Origin: Armatimonadota bacterium
Lineage (GTDB): Bacteria > Armatimonadota > HRBIN16
DNA: 64,000 nucleotides
Direction of reading: 5' to 3'
Assembly (NCBI GenBank): GCA_963677485.1
Contig: OY781964.1
Span: forward strand, 2,112,001-2,176,000
A program made the translations under genes and the position numbers. Shown one piece after another: positions 29,579-40,292 of this stretch (the stretch's first letter is position 1; each line of letters opens with the position of its first letter). The notes under the pieces are model-generated. The model did not search any database. It worked only from the letters and a program-made list of their open reading frames with translations, and had not been told where the DNA came from.

Positions 29579-31774
29579 TCACACAAGATAGAGCTTGTCT
29601 ATCTCATTGGCCACGGCACCATACACGGGGCATCCACCCAGTTTCAGACGGTCCATTGCCTTGCGAATATTGGAAGCTGTTTGATACCTGCTTTTGACAA
29701 CAAAAACACCATAATCTATCGTTTGGGAAAGCAACTCAGCATCCACATTATCCAGCACAGCCGAGGCTTCTACCATCACGATGCTATAACGCCGGCCAAG
29801 TTCATCCATAAGTGTAGCCATGCGTTTACTGCTGATCATATCGGGGGTGACAGTAGTGCCGATACGGGGGATGATGCTCACCCCTCGCAGCTTTGTAGCC
29901 TTGATGATTTCATCAATATTGGTCACTTTACCTTCAAGGTAGTCACCTATACCAGCACCCTCAAGTTGTTCGGGTGTACACAACTCCGTGATGCTGATAT
30001 CCTCGCTGCCGCCGTCGATAATCAACACGTTCTCGTCTTGTCTTCCCAGCGATGCAGCGACATGAGCTAAGACCGTGGTGGTGCCTTCACTGTGTCGGGC
30101 ACTGCAGACCAGCAGCCGGTTTCCGTGCTGCTGACAAAGCTGCCTGATAAGACGCGCGATCACGCTGAATTCCTCTACGGTCACGACACCCTGTTCCGTT
30201 GGCATTTGGCGCTGATTCTTGTCAAGATACGGCAGTTGTCCAATGGCTGGCACACCCAAACGAGCAGACATGTCGGGGGCGGACTTTATCCTGGTGTCGG
30301 AGAGTTCCATTCCGAGTATAGCGGCCAGTGTGATGATGACACCAAAGGCGAAGATACCCATTGTCAATGTCTTGCGGTTGCTCTTGATGGGGTTCGAGGG
30401 CACCTTGGCATCTGAGATCAGTACGAAGTCATAGCTGTCGCTTCCGTAGAACCGCTTCGCCTTGCCAAGCACATCAAGTAACTGACCCTTTTCATCTTCC
30501 AGGTTCTTCAGGTTGCGGCTCAGCACTAGATACTGCCGCTGGGTGCTGGGCAGCGATTCTACCCTGGCACTTGCTGCCTGACGTGCCAGCTCAAAGCTCT
30601 TGACGCGTTCTGCCACCGATATCTGGTCGAGTTGGAGATCAAACTCTTTCTTTAGCATCTCTTGCAGCATATCGCCAGAGGGTGTAGATCCCAGGTTGGA
30701 GGGGATTACCACACGATAAAGCTGCTCCAACTGATCTTTCCACTGCTTGACCTGGTCACTGTCAATCGAACGCACTTTCTGTTCTTCGTAGGCCAGTCTA
30801 GCGGCTTCATACTGTGTCTGGCTGATGGCGCCACTTTCCAGCAGTCGTTTGGCTCTTGCCAGTTCCAGCTCCCGCTGGGCCAACTGTGCAGCATTTGAGC
30901 GCAGTTCTTTGTCGTCAGTGATCTTCTGGCGCAGGTTCTCTATGCGGGTATTGATGTTGCTCAGGCGATCCAGCTCAAACATTTGCTTCTGCTCACCAGA
31001 AACGCGGTCCTTAAGCTGTTTGATCACTGTGCCGAGGTTCCTGACCTGCTCACGAAGCGTCTTCTGGTCGCTCTTTGCCTGTTCCCAGAGCAAATCCATC
31101 TGGTTGAACTGGTCGAGCGCGGCTTTACTCATCTCTACAAACTCGGTATAGTTCGTCTTTTCACTGAAGACCTGAAGCTCACCGTCAATCTTTTTCAGTG
31201 CCTCGGTGACCACCGCCAGCCGTTTGCTGACATCGCGGATCTGTCCCGATGCGGCCTCTTTATCAATGCGAACGCCATTTTCGAGGAAGGTGTCTCTGGT
31301 CATGTTTGCGATATCGGCGCATAACTTCGCATCATCCCAGGTGACCACGATACTCATTATCTCCGTGTTCTTCTCCACTGAGACATCAATCGCCTGACCA
31401 ACGGAATCAAGGGACGCTGCCAGGTTCAGTTTGCGGCGGACATCTTCCAGGTTGGGCTTCACTTTGACCATGCTGACCTGGGTCATCAGCGATTTGCCGA
31501 TATCGAGAATTTCACGTTTCTTTTCTTCAGAGGGTTTATAGAGAAGCACTGTGGTGGTCTGGTAGATGCTCTTATTCATCAATTGGCCACCATAATAGGC
31601 CAGAGCTGCAAAAAGTGCGATCATGATCACCAATATGAATTTCCTACGCCATAGGCCAATTAATAGCGTGCGGATATCTATTGGTAATTTCGCTTCTTGT
31701 TCAGCTTCAGGGTTGACGAAAGGCTCCGACAACGTGGCTTCTCCTAATGTATCGGTGGATTCATACAACGCCAC
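29579..31774 (-). CDS. Wzc/GumC-like polysaccharide co-polymerase with a degenerate BY-kinase domain
   Basis: Two transmembrane segments around a long coiled coil; C-terminal kinase-like domain. Confidence 0.85.
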   Translation of the reverse strand: MALYESTDTLGEATLSEPFVNPEAEQEAKLPIDIRTLLIGLWRRKFILVIMIALFAALAYYGGQLMNKSIYQTTTVLLYKPSEEKKREILDIGKSLMTQVSMVKVKPNLEDVRRKLNLAASLDSVGQAIDVSVEKNTEIMSIVVTWDDAKLCADIANMTRDTFLENGVRIDKEAASGQIRDVSKRLAVVTEALKKIDGELQVFSEKTNYTEFVEMSKAALDQFNQMDLLWEQAKSDQKTLREQVRNLGTVIKQLKDRVSGEQKQMFELDRLSNINTRIENLRQKITDDKELRSNAAQLAQRELELARAKRLLESGAISQTQYEAARLAYEEQKVRSIDSDQVKQWKDQLEQLYRVVIPSNLGSTPSGDMLQEMLKKEFDLQLDQISVAERVKSFELARQAASARVESLPSTQRQYLVLSRNLKNLEDEKGQLLDVLGKAKRFYGSDSYDFVLISDAKVPSNPIKSNRKTLTMGIFAFGVIITLAAILGMELSDTRIKSAPDMSARLGVPAIGQLPYLDKNQRQMPTEQGVVTVEEFSVIARLIRQLCQQHGNRLLVCSARHSEGTTTVLAHVAASLGRQDENVLIIDGGSEDISITELCTPEQLEGAGIGDYLEGKVTNIDEIIKATKLRGVSIIPRIGTTVTPDMISSKRMATLMDELGRRYSIVMVEASAVLDNVDAELLSQTIDYGVFVVKSRYQTASNIRKAMDRLKLGGCPVYGAVANEIDKLYLV

Positions 31775-31821
31775 CGTAATATCACTATATCACCCGCAAG
31801 CACCAGCTTGGCACATTCATA

Positions 31822-33360
31822 TTATTTTCGGCTGAATTTCGACAACAATTTCTGTCGTTCGGTTCGTTCCAGGCTGATTAGTATGAACAACGCCGTAAAT
31901 ACGGCCATGCCGGGCAGGCTGTCAACGACAACATGCATCAACGTTAAAGGCGGAAGCACACGTATCATACCCAGCGTCACTACAAGCTGAGCTAACGCCG
32001 GAATGACGGCTGGGAACAGTACCCCCAGCAGGTAGTCCTTTAAATCCACCCGGAACTTCGCACATGCCATGCGTACGACATAAAGAAGGTTGACGAGGAT
32101 GGCAGTTAACAGTGTGCCATACGCCACACCGTTCAAGCCGATCCAGTAACCCAGCAGGAAGCTGAATCCGATGTTGACGGCTATTCCCAGAACAGCCGCC
32201 TTGGCAGCCATTTTGTGAAAGCCGGTCATGGCAAGCACCATAGAGGCTACTTCCTGCAGCATCGATATGGACATGGCCGTGACGAGGATGATGAGCACGG
32301 GCCCTGCTTTCACGAAATGTTCACTTCTCATCCAGGTGACGATCAGGTGGGTGCCCAGCGTATAGATGACCACGGTGATCATGATGGTGATGGCCCAGGC
32401 ATATTTACTGCCTCTCAACAGCACATTGCGGATGGCCCAGAAATCATCTTTGCCTTTTAACTCAGCCACATAGGGCGACAAGACATTCACGACCTGCTTG
32501 GTCAGCAGGTAAAGTGTCTCCGAAATCTTCAAGGCGATGCCATAATAACTGACCTGCATGGTGTCTTTGAGCACCAGGTTGACCACAATGGGGTCGGTGC
32601 GCAGATATACCAACGCAGCCACATTGATCACCAGTTGCGTGGCACCAAAGCTGGCGGCTTCCCGCAGCAGTTTGGGATCCCACTTCCGTGGATCAATGTG
32701 CAGGCGATCCACCAATTTGTAGCTGAGCACGACGAATGGCAGATTATCAATGAACAGGCACACCAGGTTGACTATGGCCAGTGCCACCATGCGGTCTTTG
32801 ATGGCCAGACCGCTGGCTGGTGAGAGCACATACCAGCCAATGAGCGCATAACTTGTGGCTGCGATCGCTTGATAGACGTTGATCATGCTGATGCGCTGTT
32901 CGCCAAAGAGGATGCCGCGGAACATGGCCAGCGGTAGCCCAAGCGTGACGAACCGGGCGAGCAGGATATAATAGGTCAACATCGAGGCTCCCTGCCGGTC
33001 GACAGGGATGTGCAGGGTATGCAGCATGATCAGCGAAAACAAAATACCGACTACGGTAGTTCCTGCAGATATCCACAGATACACAGCGGCAAAGGTGCTA
33101 AGCATCTTGTTGCGGAATTCTATATCGCCGCTGCCCTTGCAGTGCGCCACATACTTCACAACGCTGGTGGCGAAGCCGAAGTCGGCCAGACCGAAAATAC
33201 CGACCACAGACATCACCAGAGTCCATATACCGAACTCACGTTCGCCCAACTGTCGGACCATGTATGGGGTGTAGAAGAAGAAGATGATGATGGTCAGCAG
33301 TGTCTGAAGATAGTTCGACACGCTGTTTTTCATGACTGTTTTGACGCTGTCGTCGTTCAT
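31822..33360 (-). CDS. Wzx-type flippase
   Basis: About 14 transmembrane helices, LG..EFG.W, DFG motif. Confidence 0.88.
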   Translation of the reverse strand: MNDDSVKTVMKNSVSNYLQTLLTIIIFFFYTPYMVRQLGEREFGIWTLVMSVVGIFGLADFGFATSVVKYVAHCKGSGDIEFRNKMLSTFAAVYLWISAGTTVVGILFSLIMLHTLHIPVDRQGASMLTYYILLARFVTLGLPLAMFRGILFGEQRISMINVYQAIAATSYALIGWYVLSPASGLAIKDRMVALAIVNLVCLFIDNLPFVVLSYKLVDRLHIDPRKWDPKLLREAASFGATQLVINVAALVYLRTDPIVVNLVLKDTMQVSYYGIALKISETLYLLTKQVVNVLSPYVAELKGKDDFWAIRNVLLRGSKYAWAITIMITVVIYTLGTHLIVTWMRSEHFVKAGPVLIILVTAMSISMLQEVASMVLAMTGFHKMAAKAAVLGIAVNIGFSFLLGYWIGLNGVAYGTLLTAILVNLLYVVRMACAKFRVDLKDYLLGVLFPAVIPALAQLVVTLGMIRVLPPLTLMHVVVDSLPGMAVFTALFILISLERTERQKLLSKFSRK

Positions 33361-34817
33361 GCCTGCTCATTCTCCTTCTGCAGCTGCAGCATCCGCTTTT
33401 CTCTGCGCGCGGCTAACATCTTTTGTATCTTGAATGCATGTTGTTTCTTTACCATCACCTGATCACGGTGGACGATACCGGCTACTGTGCCCATCATGAA
33501 GTGAACGAGCAGGAATAAAGGGGTTTGACGGAACTCCCATTCTGTCTGGCTTTGAATCAACGCAGCCGTGAGACCCCAAAAAGCACCGGTGCCCATCATT
33601 CGGAACAGGTCATTGCCTTTTTTGAACAGGAATGGGGTCACCAGACTATACCAGCGCAGCCACACTATCGCAAAAAACAGCACACCCGGATACCCCAGCT
33701 CCCCCTGTGTGAGAGCAGACAGGCTGTGTCCAGGTGCGGCCTGTGCCAAGTCAGGAGAGTTTCTGGGCACTTCCATGTCTGGCATCGTGTTTACGTCAGT
33801 GTAGGGGTTATATTCCATTCCCAGCATCGCACCATATTTATTGGTAGCTGCCCAACTCCAGTTGTTCAATCCAACCCCCAACGGCTCATCTGCACGCATC
33901 AATGCAGCAAGGTTGAAATAATAACCACGGCCTTGTGTGGGGTCATCGGTTATTTCCTCCTTGTTCTCCTCCATGCGTCCGCCGATGGTGTCCCAGCTTT
34001 GTGCAATCACGAAACTTCCTGCGATGACGGCGATCGACATGATGATGATGTTGCGCGGCTTCGGCTTGAACAATCCCGCACTCCAGGCGGAACCAGCACT
34101 CACCAGCATCACGGTCACAAATCCAGTGCGGCTTTGCGTCAGCACCACGGCAATGATAGCTAAAGGTATGCCGATGAAACAGAGTGTCCTGGTTTTCGAC
34201 GGGGCGTTACTGAAAGCCACCGAGATGCACACTGCCACACAGATACAACAATACATCGAGAGTGTGTTCGGGTTATCTGTCAGTCCCTTTACACGGTTCA
34301 TGCCCATACGGTATCTCTGCGTGATCGCCTCGTAACCCTGGTATATCGCCACCATGGCGAAGGCGTTGACGACTAAGATCAGATCATTCCGGTCCCGTAT
34401 ATTGATAGCCACCGTGGAATAAGCGACGATACCTCGAAGTATCTTCGAAAGCTCGTATACCCCAAAGAGCTTGGGTTCATGCATCAGCACATTGATGATG
34501 CAATAGACGAAGTAAAGCAACAAAGGAGCCATACCAGCCGGTGTGAATGGCTTCTTATCACGTTTGGTCTGGATTAATGCGACTCCAAGCAGAATCCACA
34601 CCATCATGTCGACGTAGCTGACTTCGATCCCGCGTGTGGTGCCTCTGTACCAATCGCGCCCTATGAAGTTGATATCCACCAGGTCTGTTTTCGTGGTGCA
34701 AAACACCAGTAAAAACATCAGCGCGTTTCGGAGCATCTTGTTATTCATCGCCAACACGATCCCAATTGGTGTTGCGATGATGAAGAGTCCGAGAACAATC
34801 GCCTCTTTAGCGGTCAA
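33357..34817 (-). CDS. O-antigen ligase/Wzy-family membrane protein
   Basis: R..G..DNPN, LTQSRTG, PLGVG..N, H......ELG.PG. Confidence 0.85.
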   Translation of the reverse strand: MTAKEAIVLGLFIIATPIGIVLAMNNKMLRNALMFLLVFCTTKTDLVDINFIGRDWYRGTTRGIEVSYVDMMVWILLGVALIQTKRDKKPFTPAGMAPLLLYFVYCIINVLMHEPKLFGVYELSKILRGIVAYSTVAINIRDRNDLILVVNAFAMVAIYQGYEAITQRYRMGMNRVKGLTDNPNTLSMYCCICVAVCISVAFSNAPSKTRTLCFIGIPLAIIAVVLTQSRTGFVTVMLVSAGSAWSAGLFKPKPRNIIIMSIAVIAGSFVIAQSWDTIGGRMEENKEEITDDPTQGRGYYFNLAALMRADEPLGVGLNNWSWAATNKYGAMLGMEYNPYTDVNTMPDMEVPRNSPDLAQAAPGHSLSALTQGELGYPGVLFFAIVWLRWYSLVTPFLFKKGNDLFRMMGTGAFWGLTAALIQSQTEWEFRQTPLFLLVHFMMGTVAGIVHRDQVMVKKQHAFKIQKMLAARREKRMLQLQKENEQA

Positions 34818-34820
34818 GTG

Positions 34821-35894
34821 CTATACCGCCTGCTGCGCGTCTGGGCGGAGTTCGCCCTTACTCTTCAACTCCATAAATAGCTTATCTAGCAGCCGACTGC
34901 CGGCATCATCGAACAGATACTGCTGTGCATATTCAAGACCCTGCGTGATCAGCTTCTGACGCAAAACCTCATCTGTGCTGACCCTCTCGATGGCCTGCTT
35001 CAACCCCTCTACATCACCCATCTCCACAAACAGCGCGTTTTCGCCATCCTGGATATAGTCTTCGGTACCGATACATCGTGTGGCGATACACGGGGTTTCA
35101 AGGGCAAGACTTTGGATGAAGGTCATCTGGCCGCTGGCGGTATCTTTGTTGCTGACCGGGATCACGCAGATGTCACTCTCCGCGATGATGCTCAGATAGT
35201 CGTATTGCGAAATACTTTGCAGCAAGGTGACATTTTCGGGCATTGGAAGCCCTTCCACCGCATAGGGATGCGTCACCACTACCAGGTGTACGGGCAGATT
35301 CTCGATCGCTTTGAACAGAGAGGCATAGTCGCGGCTGCTGCTGCCCAGCGCACTGATGAAGTGCTCAGGCAGTTTATATTTCTCGCGTGTTCCTGAATAT
35401 TCCTGACGGGTGATCTTGCTGATAGTCAGTGGTGTGAATACAAACTTCTCAATGGGCAGCTCCAGGGTTTGTGAATAAGCGGTGCGCTCATGATTACTAT
35501 AAACAATGAAACGGTTCACACTGCGCAGGAACTTCTTGCTTAGCCGCTGAGTAAGCCCCTGGTAGGCATGCCCCATGTTGAACAGCCACACGATGTGAGG
35601 TGTGGTGTCATGAAACATCAACTGCATCACACTCATTGCGAAGCCCACCTGGGGGAAAGATGTGACCACCAAATCGTAACGATGAAAGAACATATGCCAT
35701 CGCGCTTTGGCTGCCAGTCTGAAATACATCAGCCACTTCAAGGCACCTGTGCGTTTTTGGGTGATATCTGGTTTGATGTTGAGGCCGATATAGCCACATT
35801 CGTATTCCTCAGCGTTCAGGTACTCCCCCAGCCAGGTGCGCTCGGGGCGAAGGAACCAGGCAACGAATAGAATCCTTCGTTTACGTGGAGCCAT
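34821..35894 (-). CDS. Glycosyltransferase (GT-B, family 4-like)
   Basis: G..RDY, SGQ...Q.LA...P.IAT. Confidence 0.82.
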   Translation of the reverse strand: MAPRKRRILFVAWFLRPERTWLGEYLNAEEYECGYIGLNIKPDITQKRTGALKWLMYFRLAAKARWHMFFHRYDLVVTSFPQVGFAMSVMQLMFHDTTPHIVWLFNMGHAYQGLTQRLSKKFLRSVNRFIVYSNHERTAYSQTLELPIEKFVFTPLTISKITRQEYSGTREKYKLPEHFISALGSSSRDYASLFKAIENLPVHLVVVTHPYAVEGLPMPENVTLLQSISQYDYLSIIAESDICVIPVSNKDTASGQMTFIQSLALETPCIATRCIGTEDYIQDGENALFVEMGDVEGLKQAIERVSTDEVLRQKLITQGLEYAQQYLFDDAGSRLLDKLFMELKSKGELRPDAQQAV

Positions 35895-36242
35895 AGAGTA
35901 TCCCCCTTATGATAGATGATGAATCAATAAACCGATAGATGATATGCAACAACAACCCGCACCCAATCTGGCCGAGTAGTTACTAGATGCATTTATTCTA
36001 CCATTCATGGTCATGTAATTGGTGTGTTGCGTGTTTACAGCTTATGTGAGGGGTGGTTGGCATCCGTAGCACGTTGGCACGGCTACACCTCCCCATGATG
36101 ATATGTTTGGGATATTTGAAATATGGCTAAAATCACACCCACATTGGCACATGCAAATGATAAAATGTTAAAGGCCTGTTAATCGGGCTTTAGACGATGT
36201 CCACAATGATGCTGATTGCACCATTTGAGAGGAGCCAACAGA

Positions 36243-36869
36243 TTGCGATTCACTAAGAAGGATAGCATCTTCTACGATATGCTGATTAAGCAGGCGGAGC
36301 TAGCATGTGAAGCCGCCGAAGCTTTCAAAACTATGGTCTCTGACATGGAGAACGCCTCCATGTATCAAAAACAAATCGTGACACTAGAGCACGATGCCGA
36401 CGAAGTGACCCATCAATTAGCCAATAAGGCGGATGCGACGTTCGTCACACCTTTGGATAAAGAGGATCTTCGCGTTTTAAGCTCGCAGTTGGATGATGTG
36501 ATGGACCACATAGAATCCGCTGCCAGTCGGCTGCTGTTATACCGACTGACGGAAGTACGCCCTGACCTGCTTCGGCATCTCGACATTCTATGCCGTGCGA
36601 CGCAGGCAACCAGAGTTGCAGTGACCAGTATGAAAGATGCCAGCCATCGCGCCGCTATGCATGACACCATCGTGGCCATTCACCGCATAGAAAATGAGGG
36701 AGACCTGGCTTTCCGTAAAGCACTGTCTGACCTGCATTTTGAAGTTGAACACCCAGATCCGCTGATGGTCATGCGTTGGAAAGAGATATACGACCGAGTA
36801 GAAGTCTCCGTAGATGCGTGTGAGGATGTAGCCAACTCAATAGAGAGCGTGCTGATCAAATATGCCTGA
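36243..36869 (+). CDS. DUF47 phosphate-transport regulator (PhoU-like)
   Basis: LEHDAD, TFVTPLDKED, IENEGD, WKEIY..E..D.CED; TTG start after GAGGAG. Confidence 0.92.
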   Translation: MRFTKKDSIFYDMLIKQAELACEAAEAFKTMVSDMENASMYQKQIVTLEHDADEVTHQLANKADATFVTPLDKEDLRVLSSQLDDVMDHIESAASRLLLYRLTEVRPDLLRHLDILCRATQATRVAVTSMKDASHRAAMHDTIVAIHRIENEGDLAFRKALSDLHFEVEHPDPLMVMRWKEIYDRVEVSVDACEDVANSIESVLIKYA

Positions 36870-37884
36870 TTTCGCGCACATCCCGCCTGTCGTGATACTC
36901 ACGATTATTTTCGCGTTGGCATTTGACTACATCAATGGATTTCACGATACCGCCAACTCGATCGCCACTGTAGTCAGTACCCGAGTCATGACCCCGCGAT
37001 CCGCCATCATGATGGCGGCGATCTTAAACTTCGTAGGGGCTCTGGTAGCACACAATGTTTCGAAAACAATCTCTCAAGGACTAGTAGATCCTTCCGGTGC
37101 CCCGCAGACGGTGGTTTTGGCTGCCGTGATGGCAGGTATCGTATGGAATCTGATCACGTGGAAATACGGCATCCCAAGCTCCAGTTCTCATGCGTTGATT
37201 GGGGGACTGGTTGGCGCGGCCATCGTGCATGCCGGGACTGATGTGGTGAAGTGGGAAGGCGTCATCCATAAAGTGGTGCTTCCGCTGTTTTTATCACCCA
37301 TGATGGGCTTCCTGGTAGGCTGGATCATCATGCATGTCATCTACCGCGTGTTTAGCGATGCTCATCCTGGCAAAATCGGTGCAGGATTTAGAAATCTCCA
37401 GAGGTTCTCAGCCGCTTTCATGGCCTATAGTCATGGTATGAATGATGCGCAGAAGAGCATGGGCATCATCATGCTAGCTTTGGTTTCTGGAGGCATGGTT
37501 CCTCAATCGCAACTCAATAACCACCCACTCCTCTGGGTCATGATCGCTTGTGCCACTGCCATGGCCCTGGGAACTTCGGCTGGAGGCTGGCGCATCATCA
37601 AGACCATGGGCCATAAAATCATCCGCTTGGAACCCGTCCATGGTTTTGCAGCAGAAACAGCCGCCGCCACAGTGATTACACTAGCCAGCCGGTGGGGTAT
37701 GCCTGTCAGCACCACGCATGTGATCGCGGGCAGTATATTCGGCGTAGGCTGCAGCAAGCGGGCAAGTGCCGTCCGATGGGGTGTGGCCATAGAGATGGTC
37801 ATCGCCTGGTTCCTGACGCTTCCCGCCGCGGCAGCTTTGGCAGCCGTCATCTACTGGCTTCTAGAACATGTGTTCCATATCTAA
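36862..37884 (+). CDS. pit: Inorganic phosphate transporter (PiT family)
   Basis: NGFHDTANSIAT, GIPSSSSHA, HGMNDAQK, PVSTTH. Confidence 0.95.
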   Translation: MPDFAHIPPVVILTIIFALAFDYINGFHDTANSIATVVSTRVMTPRSAIMMAAILNFVGALVAHNVSKTISQGLVDPSGAPQTVVLAAVMAGIVWNLITWKYGIPSSSSHALIGGLVGAAIVHAGTDVVKWEGVIHKVVLPLFLSPMMGFLVGWIIMHVIYRVFSDAHPGKIGAGFRNLQRFSAAFMAYSHGMNDAQKSMGIIMLALVSGGMVPQSQLNNHPLLWVMIACATAMALGTSAGGWRIIKTMGHKIIRLEPVHGFAAETAAATVITLASRWGMPVSTTHVIAGSIFGVGCSKRASAVRWGVAIEMVIAWFLTLPAAAALAAVIYWLLEHVFHI

Positions 37885-38081
37885 TAGTAAGATCCGAAGA
37901 CCCGTTTGTCCGATCGCTGGGCGTCTGGTATTGGCTAGCGTAATACATCGTCCAGCGAATTCTCTCTAGATTTCGCAAAACCCCTCTGAAATGCTTGAAT
38001 CGGCATACCAGCTCTGGTAACATAGGTTTAAGAGCAACCGGCTGCCGTCAATCATCATCTAAGGAACAAGAGAATAAGCCA

Positions 38082-38753
38082 GTGTCTTCGGATATAGAAG
38101 CAATGAACCTTAGCGATTTTCGACGTTTCCAGGGGCAGACAGACCGAGAGGTCATTGTCTGTGCGCAATATGGAGACCAAACAGCGTCAGAGTATATACT
38201 TTTTAAGTATCGAAACCTTGTGCGCACCAAAGTGAAGACCTACTTCCTTTTGGGCGCCGAGCGTGACGACCTGCTTCAGGTGGGCATGATCGGTCTGTGG
38301 CAAGCTATTATTGACTACAGCGTGGAGCGGCCCATCTCCTTCCCCGCTTTTGCCAAAGTGTGCATTCAGCGGCACATCATCACGGCGATTAAAGCTGCCA
38401 CACGCCAAAAGCAGATGCCTCTCAACCACTCACTTTCGTTGGAGATATCTTCGTCTGACGAGGATTCCGACTGGAGCCTGGCAGACATGCTGCCCGCCAG
38501 CAACGAAAATGACCCTGAGAACCGGCTGCTGCGGGCCGAAGACACCCGGAACCTGAAACACGACCTGGATAACATGCTGAGCCACTTCGAGTGGAACGTG
38601 CTGCAGCACTACCGCTACGGCAAGTCCTACAAAGAGATCGCCGACAGCTTGGGCTGTAAGCCGAAGTCGGTAGATAACGCCCTGGCGCGCATCAAGCGCA
38701 AGGTGCTGGACATGCAGATCGGCGACGCCGACTTGCGGGATATTTTCGTGTAG
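38082..38753 (+). CDS. sigH: RNA polymerase sigma-H-type factor
   Basis: YFL.GAERDDLLQ.GMIGL, ITAIKAATRQKQ.PLN, SY.EIA..L...KSVDNAL.RIKRK. Start uncertain (38082 or 38103). Confidence 0.88.
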   Translation: MSSDIEAMNLSDFRRFQGQTDREVIVCAQYGDQTASEYILFKYRNLVRTKVKTYFLLGAERDDLLQVGMIGLWQAIIDYSVERPISFPAFAKVCIQRHIITAIKAATRQKQMPLNHSLSLEISSSDEDSDWSLADMLPASNENDPENRLLRAEDTRNLKHDLDNMLSHFEWNVLQHYRYGKSYKEIADSLGCKPKSVDNALARIKRKVLDMQIGDADLRDIFV

Positions 38754-38771
38754 GGGTTTGAGGGTCGGTTT

Positions 38772-39545
38772 TGATTGCCACAGTCCGGGGCGGTTTTCTC
38801 CTAACCGCGCCGGTCTTTTTTTCGGGCCAAAGGCTTTCCGGCTATCCGTGGCGGTTTTCGTTGCCTGAGTCCGGGGAGTAATTCCATATCTACACCTGTC
38901 TTGATTGCCTGTGTCCGGGGCGGTTTTCTCCTAACCGCGCCGGTCTTGGTTTTTTCGGGCCAAGCGATTTCCGGCTAACCGCCAGACCGGCGCGGTCTTA
39001 AGCCATCCTCTACCGCTAGCTTACTGACAGACCGCCCCGGACATAGCCAATAGAGATTTATGGAAAAAAGACGCGCCTAAGTTTGGCGCGGTTTTCTCTA
39101 ACCACGCCTGTCTTGATTGCCTGAGTCCGGGGCGGTTTTCTCCTAACCGCGCCGGTCTTGATTTTTCGGGACAAGGGACTTTCAGGCTAACCGCCAGACC
39201 GGCGCGGTCTATAGCCTTCCTCTACCGCTAGCTTCCTGTCAGACCGCCCCGGACATAGCCAATGAGGATTTTCGGAAAGAAGATACGCCTAAGTCCGGGG
39301 CGGTTTTCCCCTAACCGCCCCGGTCTTGATTTTTCGGGCCAAGCGATTTCCGGCTAACCGTCAGACCGGCGCGGTCTTAAGCCATCCTCTACCGCTAGCT
39401 TACTGACAGACCGCCCCGGACATAGCCAATGGGGATTTTAGGAAAAGAAGAGGTGCCAACTTCCAGGGCAGTTATTTCTAACCTCGCCGGTCTTGATTTC
39501 GGGACAAGAGATATAGGGTTATCCGCCAGACCGCCCCGGCCAGTG
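38772..39545. repeat. Tandem array of REPIN family A units, downstream of the RAYT gene
   Basis: Three full units plus several half or degenerate units; each full unit has ~21-bp terminal inverted repeats and two imperfect hairpins. Confidence 0.95.
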
Positions 39546-39579
39546 CCGATGGGTGCTTATTTATTCGCGGCCATTGGCC

Positions 39580-40176
39580 TTAGTCACTGTCATTGTCAAA
39601 CATATGATCCATGACGCCATATGAGATTACTTGCTTGTGGAACTCAATAATACTACTGCGGTTACCGAACAACTCCAGCAGCTCTTCGCGCTTGAGTATT
39701 GTCGGCTCATCCGATATAAGTGCGTGGTATGACGAATGTGGCCATGATGTAAAGTCATTGGTAAACGAGTGCTTCACCGGGTTCGTATGGATATAATAGA
39801 TCACTCTCGTCAAATAACTCTCAGACAAGATCAGTTGACGGCCGAATGGTTGCCGCCACAACCCACCAGATCGTTTGTAGGTATTGTTGTATGATTTGGC
39901 ATAGGCGTTTAGCAGGTTGTTGAAGCCGTGACTGACAGTGTTGGATGCATCTCCTACAGGGCCATCTACCGGTTTTGGTTTGACCTTGATTAGCATATGG
40001 AAGTGATTGCCCATGAGGCAATAAGCGTAGATATCCACAAGAGACGTCAGATGTTTATATGAAAGCTCAAGGAAATACGAGTAGTTTCGTTCTTCAATAA
40101 AAATGCGGGCATCTTGTATCCCTTTACCATAAATATGGTAAAAACACCCCTCACGAAAGACTGCACTCGCAGGCAT
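39580..40176 (-). CDS. REP-associated tyrosine transposase (RAYT, HUH/Y1 family)
   Basis: YHIY.KG, YCLMGNHFH (HUH), R.GGLW..PF, YIHTNPVKH (catalytic Tyr), W.HSSY; ATG 40176 after GAGGTG. Confidence 0.92.
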   Translation of the reverse strand: MPASAVFREGCFYHIYGKGIQDARIFIEERNYSYFLELSYKHLTSLVDIYAYCLMGNHFHMLIKVKPKPVDGPVGDASNTVSHGFNNLLNAYAKSYNNTYKRSGGLWRQPFGRQLILSESYLTRVIYYIHTNPVKHSFTNDFTSWPHSSYHALISDEPTILKREELLELFGNRSSIIEFHKQVISYGVMDHMFDNDSD

Positions 40177-40292
40177 ATCACCACCTCGTGTGACGAGAAC
40201 TGTGGCTTCAGTATACCGTAGAAAATAAGGTGATGGAAACCTGGAGACGGTAAGGTGAAGTTCGTGGGCAGTTGTCACCAGCGTCGGCCTTC

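Noticed and set aside
36070-36165. Sigma-54 promoters at two TTGGCAC motifs
   Set aside because: Neither has TTGC at the required -12 spacing.
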